NCBI GenBank assembly: GCA_002840305.1
Contig: PHAI01000001.1
Span: forward strand, 229,463 to 293,462
DNA length: 64,000 nucleotides
Direction: 5' to 3'
From: Candidatus Falkowbacteria bacterium HGW-Falkowbacteria-1
GTDB taxonomy: Bacteria > Patescibacteriota > Patescibacteriia > Patescibacteriales > UBA12465
Position numbers and translations under genes: made by a program. The notes under the pieces are model-generated. The model was not told the DNA's origin. It did no database searches and saw only the letters and a list, made by a program, of their open reading frames with translations. The stretch's first letter is position 1. Each line of letters begins with the position of its first letter. Below, piece after piece: positions 19,260-28,594 of the stretch.

Positions 19260-19365
19260 AGTGGGCATGAGGCTCCATAAATCTCCAAAGTTTAGTTATT
19301 TTTTTAGTGACGTGAATACAAACAAATTTTAGTAATTATTTAATTTAGTATTACAATAAAAAAAC

Positions 19366-19815
19366 ATGAAAATATATTTACTTAAAGTTTTAAAAAGCAA
19401 GTATTGTTTAATCTCTTTCGCCTTAGTGTCTATTTTAGCTTATTTTTTAGTACCAAAAAAAATATTTTATGGTTATTATAGTATTATAGCCGTTATTTTT
19501 ATTATTGTTTTTTCGCTTACTCTCACTTGTATGATTAGAAGTATAAAAGACAAAGCGGAGGTAAGAAAAAGACAAAGAACCGGCTCTATCATTGGTTTTA
19601 TATTTAGTATTATTGGTTTGTCAGCATTACACATCTGTACCATTGGTGCTCCGGTTTGTGGAGCTTCAATTGGGGCGGCGATTATCTCCGTTTTCTTTCC
19701 AGCGCTTGCCCTAGATTTTCTAAATGATTATGCTCTTACGGTGGTAGTTATTTCTATTTTAATTCAGATTTTTGCTTTGTATCAAATGAAATGTTTTAAA
19801 AAAGTAATTAATTAA
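19366..19815 (+). CDS. Hypothetical 4-TM protein with CxxxxPxC motif
   Basis: 149 aa hydrophobic protein with HICTIGAPVCG. Confidence 0.7.
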   Translation: MKIYLLKVLKSKYCLISFALVSILAYFLVPKKIFYGYYSIIAVIFIIVFSLTLTCMIRSIKDKAEVRKRQRTGSIIGFIFSIIGLSALHICTIGAPVCGASIGAAIISVFFPALALDFLNDYALTVVVISILIQIFALYQMKCFKKVIN

Positions 19816-19829
19816 AATAATTCTAAATT

Positions 19830-21077
19830 ATGACTAAAAATCCTTTTCGTTTTATTGTTCAAATTTCGATTTTGTTTGTGGTTGTCTCCTTGGCCTTGAT
19901 GCACCAAAAATTTGGGATAGAAAGAGCGGCGCCCATTGACGCTTATTGTCCCTTTGGTGCGGTAGAAAGTTTTTTTACTTTGTTGTTTAATGGTGAATTT
20001 TTAAAAAAAATATTTGTCAGCTCTTTTATTCTGTTAGGTATTTTTTTAGTTTCAACTATCTTTTTGGGGAGAGTTTTTTGTGGTTATTTTTGTCCACTTG
20101 GAACCATTCAGGAGTGGATGAGAGAGCTTGGTAAAAAAATTGGCTTTAAAAAAGATTTAGAGGTTCCAAAAAAAATTGATAAATATTTGAGATATGTTAA
20201 ATATTTGGTGTTGCTGGCCATTATTTATTTTTCTTTTTATTTAGGCGATTTAGTTTTTAATATTTATGATCCTTATGCTACTCTAATGCACTTTGGGCAA
20301 GAGTTTGATGAGAGAATTATTGGGTATTTTATTTTATTTGTGTTATTGATCTCAGCTTTATTTTCTAAAAGTTTATGGTGCCGGTATCTCTGTCCGCTAG
20401 GAGCTTTCTTTGCTTTGATTAAAAAGATTAGTTTTTTCAAAATAAAAAGGGACGATAAAACTTGTATAAGCTGTGGAATATGTAATAATGTTTGTCCTGC
20501 TAATCTAGAGATAAAAACAGCTAATATTATTGACGACGCTGATTGCGTAGGTTGTGGAAAATGTGTAGGGAATTGTCCAAAAAATAGTTTAAGCTTTAAA
20601 ATTTTTAACAAAAAAATATCTCAAAAGAGATTTTTTTATTTAGTCGTTCTTTTGGTTATTGTTCCTTTGTTTATTTTTCCGTATGCATCTTTTTGGCAAA
20701 CAAAACCAGAATCTAACATAATTGACGTTAAGGGTGAGATTAAAGTTGAAGACATAAAAGGAAGCAACACTCTTGATTACGTAATAGAGACAACAAAGGT
20801 TCCGTTAGAAGAATTTCAAGATAAATTAAAGCTACCAGAGGGAGTTGATACAAGTTTAAAATTGAAAGAGATAGGCTTGGAATATAATATAAAAAATATT
20901 AATGGTGATACGTTGGAAGCTGAAGACTTCAGAATTGTTATTGGAAACTATATCGAAGCTCAATCTAGCGTTGAGGAGCCTGATTGTCCTTTTGGGGAAA
21001 TTAATTGTGAGTTTCCGGGAGATTGTGTTTTATATATTGACAATAACGGCGACGACGTTTGTGATCATTCCGAATAA
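19830..21077 (+). CDS. Membrane 4Fe-4S binding protein (NapH/MauN-like polyferredoxin)
   Basis: YCPFG, GRVFCGYFCPLG, WCRYLCPLG, and two CxxCxxCxxxCP ferredoxin motifs. An extra Cys-rich C-terminus is present. Confidence 0.9.
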   Translation: MTKNPFRFIVQISILFVVVSLALMHQKFGIERAAPIDAYCPFGAVESFFTLLFNGEFLKKIFVSSFILLGIFLVSTIFLGRVFCGYFCPLGTIQEWMRELGKKIGFKKDLEVPKKIDKYLRYVKYLVLLAIIYFSFYLGDLVFNIYDPYATLMHFGQEFDERIIGYFILFVLLISALFSKSLWCRYLCPLGAFFALIKKISFFKIKRDDKTCISCGICNNVCPANLEIKTANIIDDADCVGCGKCVGNCPKNSLSFKIFNKKISQKRFFYLVVLLVIVPLFIFPYASFWQTKPESNIIDVKGEIKVEDIKGSNTLDYVIETTKVPLEEFQDKLKLPEGVDTSLKLKEIGLEYNIKNINGDTLEAEDFRIVIGNYIEAQSSVEEPDCPFGEINCEFPGDCVLYIDNNGDDVCDHSE

Positions 21078-21081
21078 TAAT

Positions 21082-21504
21082 TTATTTAGTATTGCTTCTT
21101 TTTAATTTGTACAATTCCTTGGATTTTCTTGTTATCACTAAGATAGTTAAAACGGCGATGTAAGTGGAAACAATAGCTCCAGGAAGCTCATATGTTTTTC
21201 CATATACTATATCCAAGATAAAAAGCACTCCAACAAGAACTGACCAAATAATAACAAATATTTCCCCAGGATGACCATCTTCGTGTTGGTCATACCAACG
21301 TTCAAACTCTTTGTTGCTGACATAAATTGCCAAAATACTAATATATATGGTCGCTATTGCGTTTAAAATTTCTTTGAAAGCGTTTGTGTAGATGAAATCT
21401 ATTATTATAACGGCAAAAAAGAAGAAGGACCAAGCGTTTATTAGCTTGCGCCAGAAATTAAAATCATTTTTATTATTTTTTATATTCATATTTTTAGATT
21501 GCAT
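21082..21504 (-). CDS. Hypothetical 4-TM membrane protein
   Basis: Two related halves (TIYISILAIY..NKE and STYIAVLTIL...SKE). Confidence 0.75.
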   Translation of the reverse strand: MQSKNMNIKNNKNDFNFWRKLINAWSFFFFAVIIIDFIYTNAFKEILNAIATIYISILAIYVSNKEFERWYDQHEDGHPGEIFVIIWSVLVGVLFILDIVYGKTYELPGAIVSTYIAVLTILVITRKSKELYKLKRSNTK

Positions 21505-21562
21505 AATTAGATTATAATCATAGAGTACTCAAAAAAAAGTTAACGGTCAACAGCTATTTTGT

Positions 21563-21591
21563 TTGACATAAAATAAATTTTATGCTAAACT
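21563..21591 (+). promoter_or_regulatory. sigma70 promoter
   Basis: TTGACA-N17-TAAACT with an extended TG, upstream of ORF 21643. Confidence 0.7.
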
Positions 21592-21642
21592 ATGTTCATA
21601 TTTCGAATTGTACAGAGTTATTTAACATAAAAATAGGAAAAA

Positions 21643-22140
21643 ATGGAAGAAATTAAAAAAAGTATTGAACAGAATTCTGTTTTAGAAATAGTAAGAAGTT
21701 ACGACAGTCGGACGATTGATGCTTTGGATGGCAGTATCGCCATTATCGATTCCGAAGATATTTTTAGAGCTTACATCGACCCTAAATTCAAAGAGCTGGG
21801 GCTTGATAAACCAGGACTTTCAACTCCAAAAATCACCGTTGAAGTTTATAAGTTAGTTGACGATAAAAAAATAGGTGATATTTTTGTTAGTTTTGGGGTG
21901 AATTTGGACAAGTTGGTAATGTCTCAATCCCAGATTGTATTTTTCTGCAAAAGAAATTATTTAAGAATTTGCGGCAATGAATATGCCTACTTTTTTTTAA
22001 TTAAGGAAAAAAACAAATACCACGTAGTCAATGTCGATATTTATTCTGATGGTATTGGTGTCGAAATTGTCCATTTTGATCAAAAAAGAATCTTATTATC
22101 TGACGATTTTTATCACGTAGTCGTTCCTCAAGTTTTTTGA
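21643..22140 (+). CDS. Hypothetical protein
   Basis: 165-aa ORF with its own promoter and a downstream hairpin; it ends in ...HVVVPQ. Confidence 0.7.
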   Translation: MEEIKKSIEQNSVLEIVRSYDSRTIDALDGSIAIIDSEDIFRAYIDPKFKELGLDKPGLSTPKITVEVYKLVDDKKIGDIFVSFGVNLDKLVMSQSQIVFFCKRNYLRICGNEYAYFFLIKEKNKYHVVNVDIYSDGIGVEIVHFDQKRILLSDDFYHVVVPQVF

Positions 22141-22279
22141 TTTTTTTAAAATCTTTACTCTTGCCCTTGGATTTTTTGAACTTATGTTCTTTGTTTCCAG
22201 GGGATTTTTTATTTTAGGGTTTTTTCATGCTATAATATTATAGTTGTAGTTTTTAATATTATGTTTTTATTTTTAGAAT

Positions 22280-22861
22280 ATGTTGAATAAAAAACAAAAA
22301 TTAAACGATTTAAATAATCGCATGGTTCAGGATAAAAATTTGCCTTTGCAAGAATCAAATTTGGTTTTTGGAGAGGGCTCTTCTGAAGCAGAAATATTTT
22401 TTATCGGTGAGGCTCCAGGCATTAAGGAAGATCAACTATGTCGACCATTTGTAGGGCGTTCCGGCCAACTTTTGACTAAAACTATTGAGAGCTTAGGTTT
22501 AAAGAGGGAAGATGTTTATATTAGTAATATTGTTAAAAGACGACCGCCAGAAAATCGTGATCCTTTATCCGAGGAAATCGAAGCTTATAAGCCGTATTTA
22601 AAGGAACAAATCGAAATTATTAAACCAAAAATAATAGTTACTTTGGGGAGGTTTTCTATGAATTATTTTATCGAAAAGGCTAAAATTTCTAAGGATCAGG
22701 GTAAAACTTTCAAAGTAGGTGATTATTTGATTGTGCCAATGTTTCACCCCGCCGCCGCTTTAAGGGGGACGACAGTCTTAAATCAATTCCAAGAGAGCTT
22801 CAAGAAGTTGCCAGTCGTTTTAAAAAAATATGATGATTTGATGAGCGGAGATGATAAATAG
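22280..22861 (+). CDS. Uracil-DNA glycosylase, family 4
   Basis: VFGEG, IGEAPG, PFVGRSG, NIVKxRPPENRDP, IVTLG and FHPAAALR. Confidence 0.93.
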   Translation: MLNKKQKLNDLNNRMVQDKNLPLQESNLVFGEGSSEAEIFFIGEAPGIKEDQLCRPFVGRSGQLLTKTIESLGLKREDVYISNIVKRRPPENRDPLSEEIEAYKPYLKEQIEIIKPKIIVTLGRFSMNYFIEKAKISKDQGKTFKVGDYLIVPMFHPAAALRGTTVLNQFQESFKKLPVVLKKYDDLMSGDDK

Positions 22862-23053
22862 TTGACTATTTCAAAATAAAGTTATACTATCTATATTAGC
22901 TTAGATATAGGTCCGGTCTTATTTATTAAAATTCCGAGATTATTTATATCAATTACGCTTTTTTGCGTAATTTTTTGCTTTTATTTTGTATTTATATTCT
23001 ATTTATATTTTAAATTATTCAATTAATTCTCATATAATTTAGATTTTAAAATT

Positions 23054-24844
23054 ATGGACATAAGAAATATAGCCATTATAGCTCACGTTGATCATGGCAA
23101 GACAACCTTAACCGATGCTTTAATGAGCCAGACGGGAATGACTTCTGGCGAGACTAGTATGGATAGTAATGCTTTAGAAAAGGAAAGGGGGATAACCATT
23201 TATTCCAAAAATACTTCTGTTTTTTATAAAGACACGAAGATAAATATAGTTGATACACCAGGACACGCTGATTTTAGTTCCGAGGTAGAAAGAATACTCA
23301 GGTCTATTGATTGCGTTTTGCTCTTAGTTGATGCTCAGGAGGGTCCGATGCCACAGACCAAGTTTGTTCTAAAGAAGTCTTTGGAATTAGGATTGAAGCC
23401 AATAGTTGTTATTAATAAAATAGACAAACCAGCTGCTAGGTCGGAGGAGGTAGTTGAGATGGTTTACGAGTTGTTTCTTGATTTGGGCGCCAACGACGAA
23501 CAATTAGATTTTTCTGTTATATATGCCGCCGCTAAACAGGGCATTGCAAAGCTTAGCTTGTCTGATGAATCAGACAATTTAAATCCTTTGTTGGATATTA
23601 TTTTAGAAAAAGTTAAACCAGCATCAAGCGCCAATTCTGAAAATTCAAGTTTAACGGCACAGCCTTTTAATTTGGCTTATGATAATTTTTTAGGACGCTT
23701 GGCTATTTGTAGAATATACAGTGGTGTTGTTAAGTCAGCCCAAGATATTATTGTTAAGAATTCTGCTGGAGAAAACAGAACAAGAAGAATAAGCAAATTA
23801 TTTACATTTGAAGGAACCCAAAGAAAAGAAGTGCAGGAAGCTAGGGCTGGCGACATTGTTATGATTGCTGGTTTACCAGGGATTTATATTGGTGAAACGA
23901 TTTGTGAAAAGCCAGAGCAAGAACTGCTTCCAGCTATTAAAATTGACGAACCAACTATATCTCTTAATTTTTTAATCAATAATTCTCCTTTTGCCGGAAG
24001 GGAAGGAAAGTTTGTTACCAATAGACAGTTGAAAGAAAGACTAGAAAAAGAATTGGAAGTTAATGTTGGCTTGAGAGTAGATTTCTCTGATCTTAATTTT
24101 TATAAAGTTTATGGTCGTGGAGAGTTGCACGTGGCCATTTTATTGGAAAATTTAAGAAGAGAGGGATACGAACTTCAAGTTTCTCAGCCTCAAGTTATAG
24201 TCAAAACTATAGATGGCGTTGACCATGAGCCTTTTGAAGAGGTTACGGTTGATGTTCCCGAGGCAATGTCTGGGACTGTAATTGAAAAATTATCGAAGAG
24301 AAAGGGAAGAATGACTGATATTAAAAATCAGAATGGTCAGTCTAGGTTAATTTTTGAAATGCCGACCAGAGGATTATTAGGTTACCGTAATGAGTTCGTA
24401 GTTGATACTAAGGGCGAAGGAATTTTATGTACTCATTTTTTAGATTTTAAACCGCACGTTGGCAATATTGAAAGGAGTGAATTGGGATCAATGATTTCTA
24501 TGATTTCCGGCAAAGCCCTGGCTTATGCCCTTTGGAATCTACAAGAAAGAGGTGTTTTATATATTGGACCAAATATCGAAGTGTATGAGGGTATGGTTAT
24601 TGGTAATGTGGCCAAGGGAAATGATATGAGCGTCAACCCCATTAAAGGGAAAAATCTAACCAATGTTCGTGCTTCAGGATCGGATGAAGCTATTAAGTTA
24701 ACTCCTCCAGTGGAATTAAGTTTAGAGATTGGCCTAAGTATTATGAACGGAGATGAATATTTAGAAGTTACCCCCAAAAGCGTTAGGCTTAGAAAAAAAT
24801 ATTTAACCGAACTCGAAAGATCTAGGGTTAAAAGAAAAGAATAA
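23054..24844 (+). CDS. typA: Translational GTPase TypA/BipA
   Basis: IRNIAIIAHVDHGKTTL, ERGITI, DTPGH, NKID, GRGELH, RREGYE and EVTPKSVRLRK. Confidence 0.97.
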   Translation: MDIRNIAIIAHVDHGKTTLTDALMSQTGMTSGETSMDSNALEKERGITIYSKNTSVFYKDTKINIVDTPGHADFSSEVERILRSIDCVLLLVDAQEGPMPQTKFVLKKSLELGLKPIVVINKIDKPAARSEEVVEMVYELFLDLGANDEQLDFSVIYAAAKQGIAKLSLSDESDNLNPLLDIILEKVKPASSANSENSSLTAQPFNLAYDNFLGRLAICRIYSGVVKSAQDIIVKNSAGENRTRRISKLFTFEGTQRKEVQEARAGDIVMIAGLPGIYIGETICEKPEQELLPAIKIDEPTISLNFLINNSPFAGREGKFVTNRQLKERLEKELEVNVGLRVDFSDLNFYKVYGRGELHVAILLENLRREGYELQVSQPQVIVKTIDGVDHEPFEEVTVDVPEAMSGTVIEKLSKRKGRMTDIKNQNGQSRLIFEMPTRGLLGYRNEFVVDTKGEGILCTHFLDFKPHVGNIERSELGSMISMISGKALAYALWNLQERGVLYIGPNIEVYEGMVIGNVAKGNDMSVNPIKGKNLTNVRASGSDEAIKLTPPVELSLEIGLSIMNGDEYLEVTPKSVRLRKKYLTELERSRVKRKE

Positions 24845-24903
24845 GATATATTTTGTATTTTTAATAAAAGTTTGTTATAATTTAAGAAAACATAACAAGC
24901 TTT

Positions 24904-27483
24904 ATGATTGAATACTCATTGAATTATTATACTCTTATCTACGCAATCTCTACTTTTATAACGGGGTTGTTGTCTTTTATCGCCTGGAAAAGAAGGTCTA
25001 ATAAAATTGGGCTTTCTTTTTTTTATTTGGTGCTCGTTTTTTGTTTTTGGTCTTTTTTTGGAATGGTAGAATCATCTGTAGTTAATATAAATCTTAAGGT
25101 TTTATTGTCAAAGTTTGATTATATAGGTGCCGTTTTAACGCCCGTTGTTTTTTTAATATTTTCACTTTGTTACAACAAATTAGACAAATTTGCTAAAGTT
25201 AAAAATATTTTCATTTTGTTGGTAATTCCGGTTATTACTTTGATTTTAGTTTTTACAAATGAATATCATGGTCTAATTTGGTCTTCTTATTATACTTCCG
25301 ACTTCCGAGTAGGGCTAGTTTATCCGATTATTTATAAATATGGTTTGTGGTTTTGGCTTTTTCATGTCCCTTATTCTTATTTTTTGCTATTATTCGGGTC
25401 TTTTCTCTTTTTTAAGAGTTTTTTAAAGTTAAAAAAACCACGTAATTATCAAGTGTGGGTTATTCTGCTTGGAGTGTTGATTCCCCTTATCGCTAATATT
25501 ATATATATTGCTGGCTTTAGTTATTTTCCTGGCTTAGACATAACCAGAGTGGCCTTTTCTTTGACTGGTATGCTGTTTGTTGTTTCTATTTTTCGTTGGC
25601 AATTTTTGAATATTGTCCCGGTGGCTAGAAGTTTGTTGGTGGAAAAAATGTCCGACGGTATTATCGTGGTTGATGATAATAATTCAATTTTGGATATAAA
25701 TCCATCGGCTATAAGGCTTTGTTTTTTAGATAATTCGCAAGAATTTTTTGGTTGTAAGATAGATGATGTTCTTGAGGGATGCAATGACTTTAAAAAAGCA
25801 TTATTATTGTCAAAAGATTTTAAAATTAATTTTAAAAGCAATATTAGAATTAAATCGCTTGAAATTGAGTTGTCGGTAGAGCACTTGTTTGATAAAAATA
25901 ATAATTCTTATGGTCGCCTTTTGGTTCTGAGAGATATTAGTGAGCTTAAAAGAATTGAAAACAATTTAATAAAAGAAAAAGACATGGCACAAAAATACTT
26001 GGATATTGCTAAAATTATTTTGTTAGCCTTGGATAAAAATGGAAAAATTATTTTAATTAATAAAAAGGGCTTAGAGGTGATTGGTTATAAAAAAGAAGAA
26101 TTAATTTCTAAAAATTGGTTTAAACTTTGTTTGCCCAAAGAAATTCAAGAAAAGGTACTTTCTTTTTTTAAAAAGCTTTCTTCTGGCCAAATAAAAAATT
26201 TGAACGAGTCTTATGAAAACGAAATTTTAACAAAGAAGGGCGAAAGAAGAATGGTTGCCTGGTACAGTTCTCTTATTAAAAATAAGAGGGGTGAAATTAT
26301 TGGCACTTTGAGTTCTGGCGAGGATATTACCGATAAAAAAAGGGACGAAGAGATCATTGAAAGCAATAACAAAAAATTAAGCAAGTTACTCCGTCATCTT
26401 AAATTGGCGACTGAATCGGCCAAGATTGGTATCTGGAATTTGAATTTAAAAAATAATTTTTTGATTTGGGATAAACAAATGTATGAACTTTATGGTGTTA
26501 AAAAAGCTAATTTTAATAGAACTTATAATGATTGGAGAAAGTGCTGTTATCCGGAAGATTTGCCAGAGGTAGAAAAAGAAATAGCTAGAGCCGTAAAGAA
26601 AAAAGATAATCTTAATACTAGCTTTAGGATTGTCTGGCCCGATGGCTCTATAAGATATATAAAAGCCTTTGGCAATGTTCTTCGTGACAAGAAAAATGAG
26701 CCGATTAAAATAGTTGGAGTAAATATTGATATTACCGATGAAAAAGAAATTGATAAAGCCAAGTCAGAATTTGTTTCATTAGCCTCTCATCAACTCAGAA
26801 CGCCCCTTACGGCTGTAAATTGGTATACCGAGATGCTTTTGATGGGTGATGGTGGAAAAATAAGTGAAGAACAAAAATCTTATTTAGAAGAGATACATTC
26901 TAGCAATAGACACATGGTTGATTTGGTCAATTCTCTTTTGAATGTTTCTAGAATAGAACTGGGTAGTTTAATGATTGATCCGGACAATATTGACTTAGTT
27001 GTTCTGACAAACGAAATTATTAAGAGACACAGAATAATTATTGATAGTAAAAAAATAAAATTTTCTTCAAAATTTTCCAAGAAATTACCAAATAAATTTT
27101 TGGCAGACAAGAAATTGTTGGGCATTATTTTTCAAAACGTTCTTTCTAATGCTATAAATTATACTCCCGATAAAGGATCGATATTTTTATCTATAGATGT
27201 TGATGATAAAATAAAAAACATTGTTTTTAAAGTTTCTGATACTGGTTATGGCATTCCTAAGGGTCAACAGGATAAAATATTTGATAAACTTTTTAGAGCT
27301 GATAACGCTAGGAAAATAGATACAAATGGCACTGGGTTGGGTCTTTATATTATTAAATCAATCGTTGATAAATCTGGTGGAAAGATATGGTTTGAGTCAA
27401 GCGAGGGAAAGGGAAGTACTTTTTATGTTTCGTTGCCCATCAAGGGAATGAAAAGAATAAGGGGAAGCAAGTCTTTGATTTAA
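24904..27483 (+). CDS. Sensor histidine kinase (N-terminal 7TM domain, multiple PAS, HisKA, HATPase)
   Basis: Hydrophobic N-terminus with TNEYHGLIW, three PAS-like segments, ASHQLRTPL, NVLSNAINY, DTGYGI and GTGLGL. Confidence 0.94.
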   Translation: MIEYSLNYYTLIYAISTFITGLLSFIAWKRRSNKIGLSFFYLVLVFCFWSFFGMVESSVVNINLKVLLSKFDYIGAVLTPVVFLIFSLCYNKLDKFAKVKNIFILLVIPVITLILVFTNEYHGLIWSSYYTSDFRVGLVYPIIYKYGLWFWLFHVPYSYFLLLFGSFLFFKSFLKLKKPRNYQVWVILLGVLIPLIANIIYIAGFSYFPGLDITRVAFSLTGMLFVVSIFRWQFLNIVPVARSLLVEKMSDGIIVVDDNNSILDINPSAIRLCFLDNSQEFFGCKIDDVLEGCNDFKKALLLSKDFKINFKSNIRIKSLEIELSVEHLFDKNNNSYGRLLVLRDISELKRIENNLIKEKDMAQKYLDIAKIILLALDKNGKIILINKKGLEVIGYKKEELISKNWFKLCLPKEIQEKVLSFFKKLSSGQIKNLNESYENEILTKKGERRMVAWYSSLIKNKRGEIIGTLSSGEDITDKKRDEEIIESNNKKLSKLLRHLKLATESAKIGIWNLNLKNNFLIWDKQMYELYGVKKANFNRTYNDWRKCCYPEDLPEVEKEIARAVKKKDNLNTSFRIVWPDGSIRYIKAFGNVLRDKKNEPIKIVGVNIDITDEKEIDKAKSEFVSLASHQLRTPLTAVNWYTEMLLMGDGGKISEEQKSYLEEIHSSNRHMVDLVNSLLNVSRIELGSLMIDPDNIDLVVLTNEIIKRHRIIIDSKKIKFSSKFSKKLPNKFLADKKLLGIIFQNVLSNAINYTPDKGSIFLSIDVDDKIKNIVFKVSDTGYGIPKGQQDKIFDKLFRADNARKIDTNGTGLGLYIIKSIVDKSGGKIWFESSEGKGSTFYVSLPIKGMKRIRGSKSLI

Positions 27484-27498
27484 TTTTTTTGATTTTTG

Positions 27499-27545
27499 AG
27501 AGCTAATTATTGTTGCAAAATTGATAATTAGCTCTTTTATTTTTG
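27499..27545 (+). terminator. Hairpin terminator
   Basis: AGAGCTAATTAT...ATAATTAGCTCT followed by T-runs. Confidence 0.65.
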
Positions 27546-27582
27546 TTTTTTTTGTGCTATAATTAAGGTGTAATATTTATTT

Positions 27583-28545
27583 ATGAAGTATATTTGGCAC
27601 AATATTGGTAACGAAAAAGTAATAGACATTCTTGAGAAAAATATAAAAAACAAAATGTTGGCGAATTTTTATATTTTTTCAGGAACAAAAGATTTGGGAA
27701 AATTTTCACTGGCTAAAGATTTTGCCAGGAATGTCTTTGTAAGTGAAAATCCTGAGTTTGAAAAAATGGACAATCTTTTGGATGTCAATAGTGATTTTTT
27801 TGTTATCGAAAAAGTGCCAGATAAAAAAAATATTTCTATAGAACAAATAAGGGATTTGATATCTAGTTTATCTTCTAGCTCTTTTTTGGGATCTTACAGG
27901 ATAGTAGTAATAAAAAACGCCGAAAACTTAAACCAAAATTCGGCCAATGCCTTACTTAAAGTTCTGGAAGATTTTAAAGATAAACTGTTGGTTATTCTTA
28001 CGGTGAATAATCTTGAGGCTTTGCCGAAAACAATTGTTTCCCGTGGTCAATTGTTAAACTTACATTCAGTTGATTTAGACTATGTTTACAATTTTTTGAT
28101 TAATGATTTTAAGGCTTCCCCTTCGGTGGCAAAAAATTTAGCTAGCTTATCTTTGGGAAGGCCAATGTTGGCTATAAAGTTTTTAGAAAATGAAACTTTT
28201 TACGAGGAGTACGAGCATATTTTTGAGTCCTTGCTTGATTTTTTTAATTCCGATTTTCTTGAAAGAGCAAGAATTATTGATGATATTTATCATTATGATT
28301 TTTCTTCTGGCGGTAGCTTTAACATCTTGGAAATTTGGCAAAGCCTTGTTCGTGACTTAAGTTTTTTGAATCACGATCGAGTTGATTTTATTCAAAATAA
28401 GTTTGCTATTGATAAATTAAGAAAAAGAGAAGTAAGTCTAGATTTTTTGTTTAAAATTGATCTAATTTTAAAGAAATCAGGTGAATATTTGAAAAGCAAT
28501 ATAGGCATTAAGGCAATTATGGAATATATTGCGGTAAATATTTAA
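27583..28545 (+). CDS. holB: DNA polymerase III delta' subunit
   Basis: YIFSG...GK, ISIEQIR, NSANALLKVLE and LPKTIVSR. Confidence 0.85.
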   Translation: MKYIWHNIGNEKVIDILEKNIKNKMLANFYIFSGTKDLGKFSLAKDFARNVFVSENPEFEKMDNLLDVNSDFFVIEKVPDKKNISIEQIRDLISSLSSSSFLGSYRIVVIKNAENLNQNSANALLKVLEDFKDKLLVILTVNNLEALPKTIVSRGQLLNLHSVDLDYVYNFLINDFKASPSVAKNLASLSLGRPMLAIKFLENETFYEEYEHIFESLLDFFNSDFLERARIIDDIYHYDFSSGGSFNILEIWQSLVRDLSFLNHDRVDFIQNKFAIDKLRKREVSLDFLFKIDLILKKSGEYLKSNIGIKAIMEYIAVNI

Positions 28546-28594
28546 ATTAGCTATAATATTTAGATGTTTTGTTATTATTAACAATAAATAAACT

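Noticed and set aside
16522..19260. Classical integron
   Set aside because: There is no intI gene, and the boundaries are tRNA-3'-like direct repeats rather than attC palindromes.
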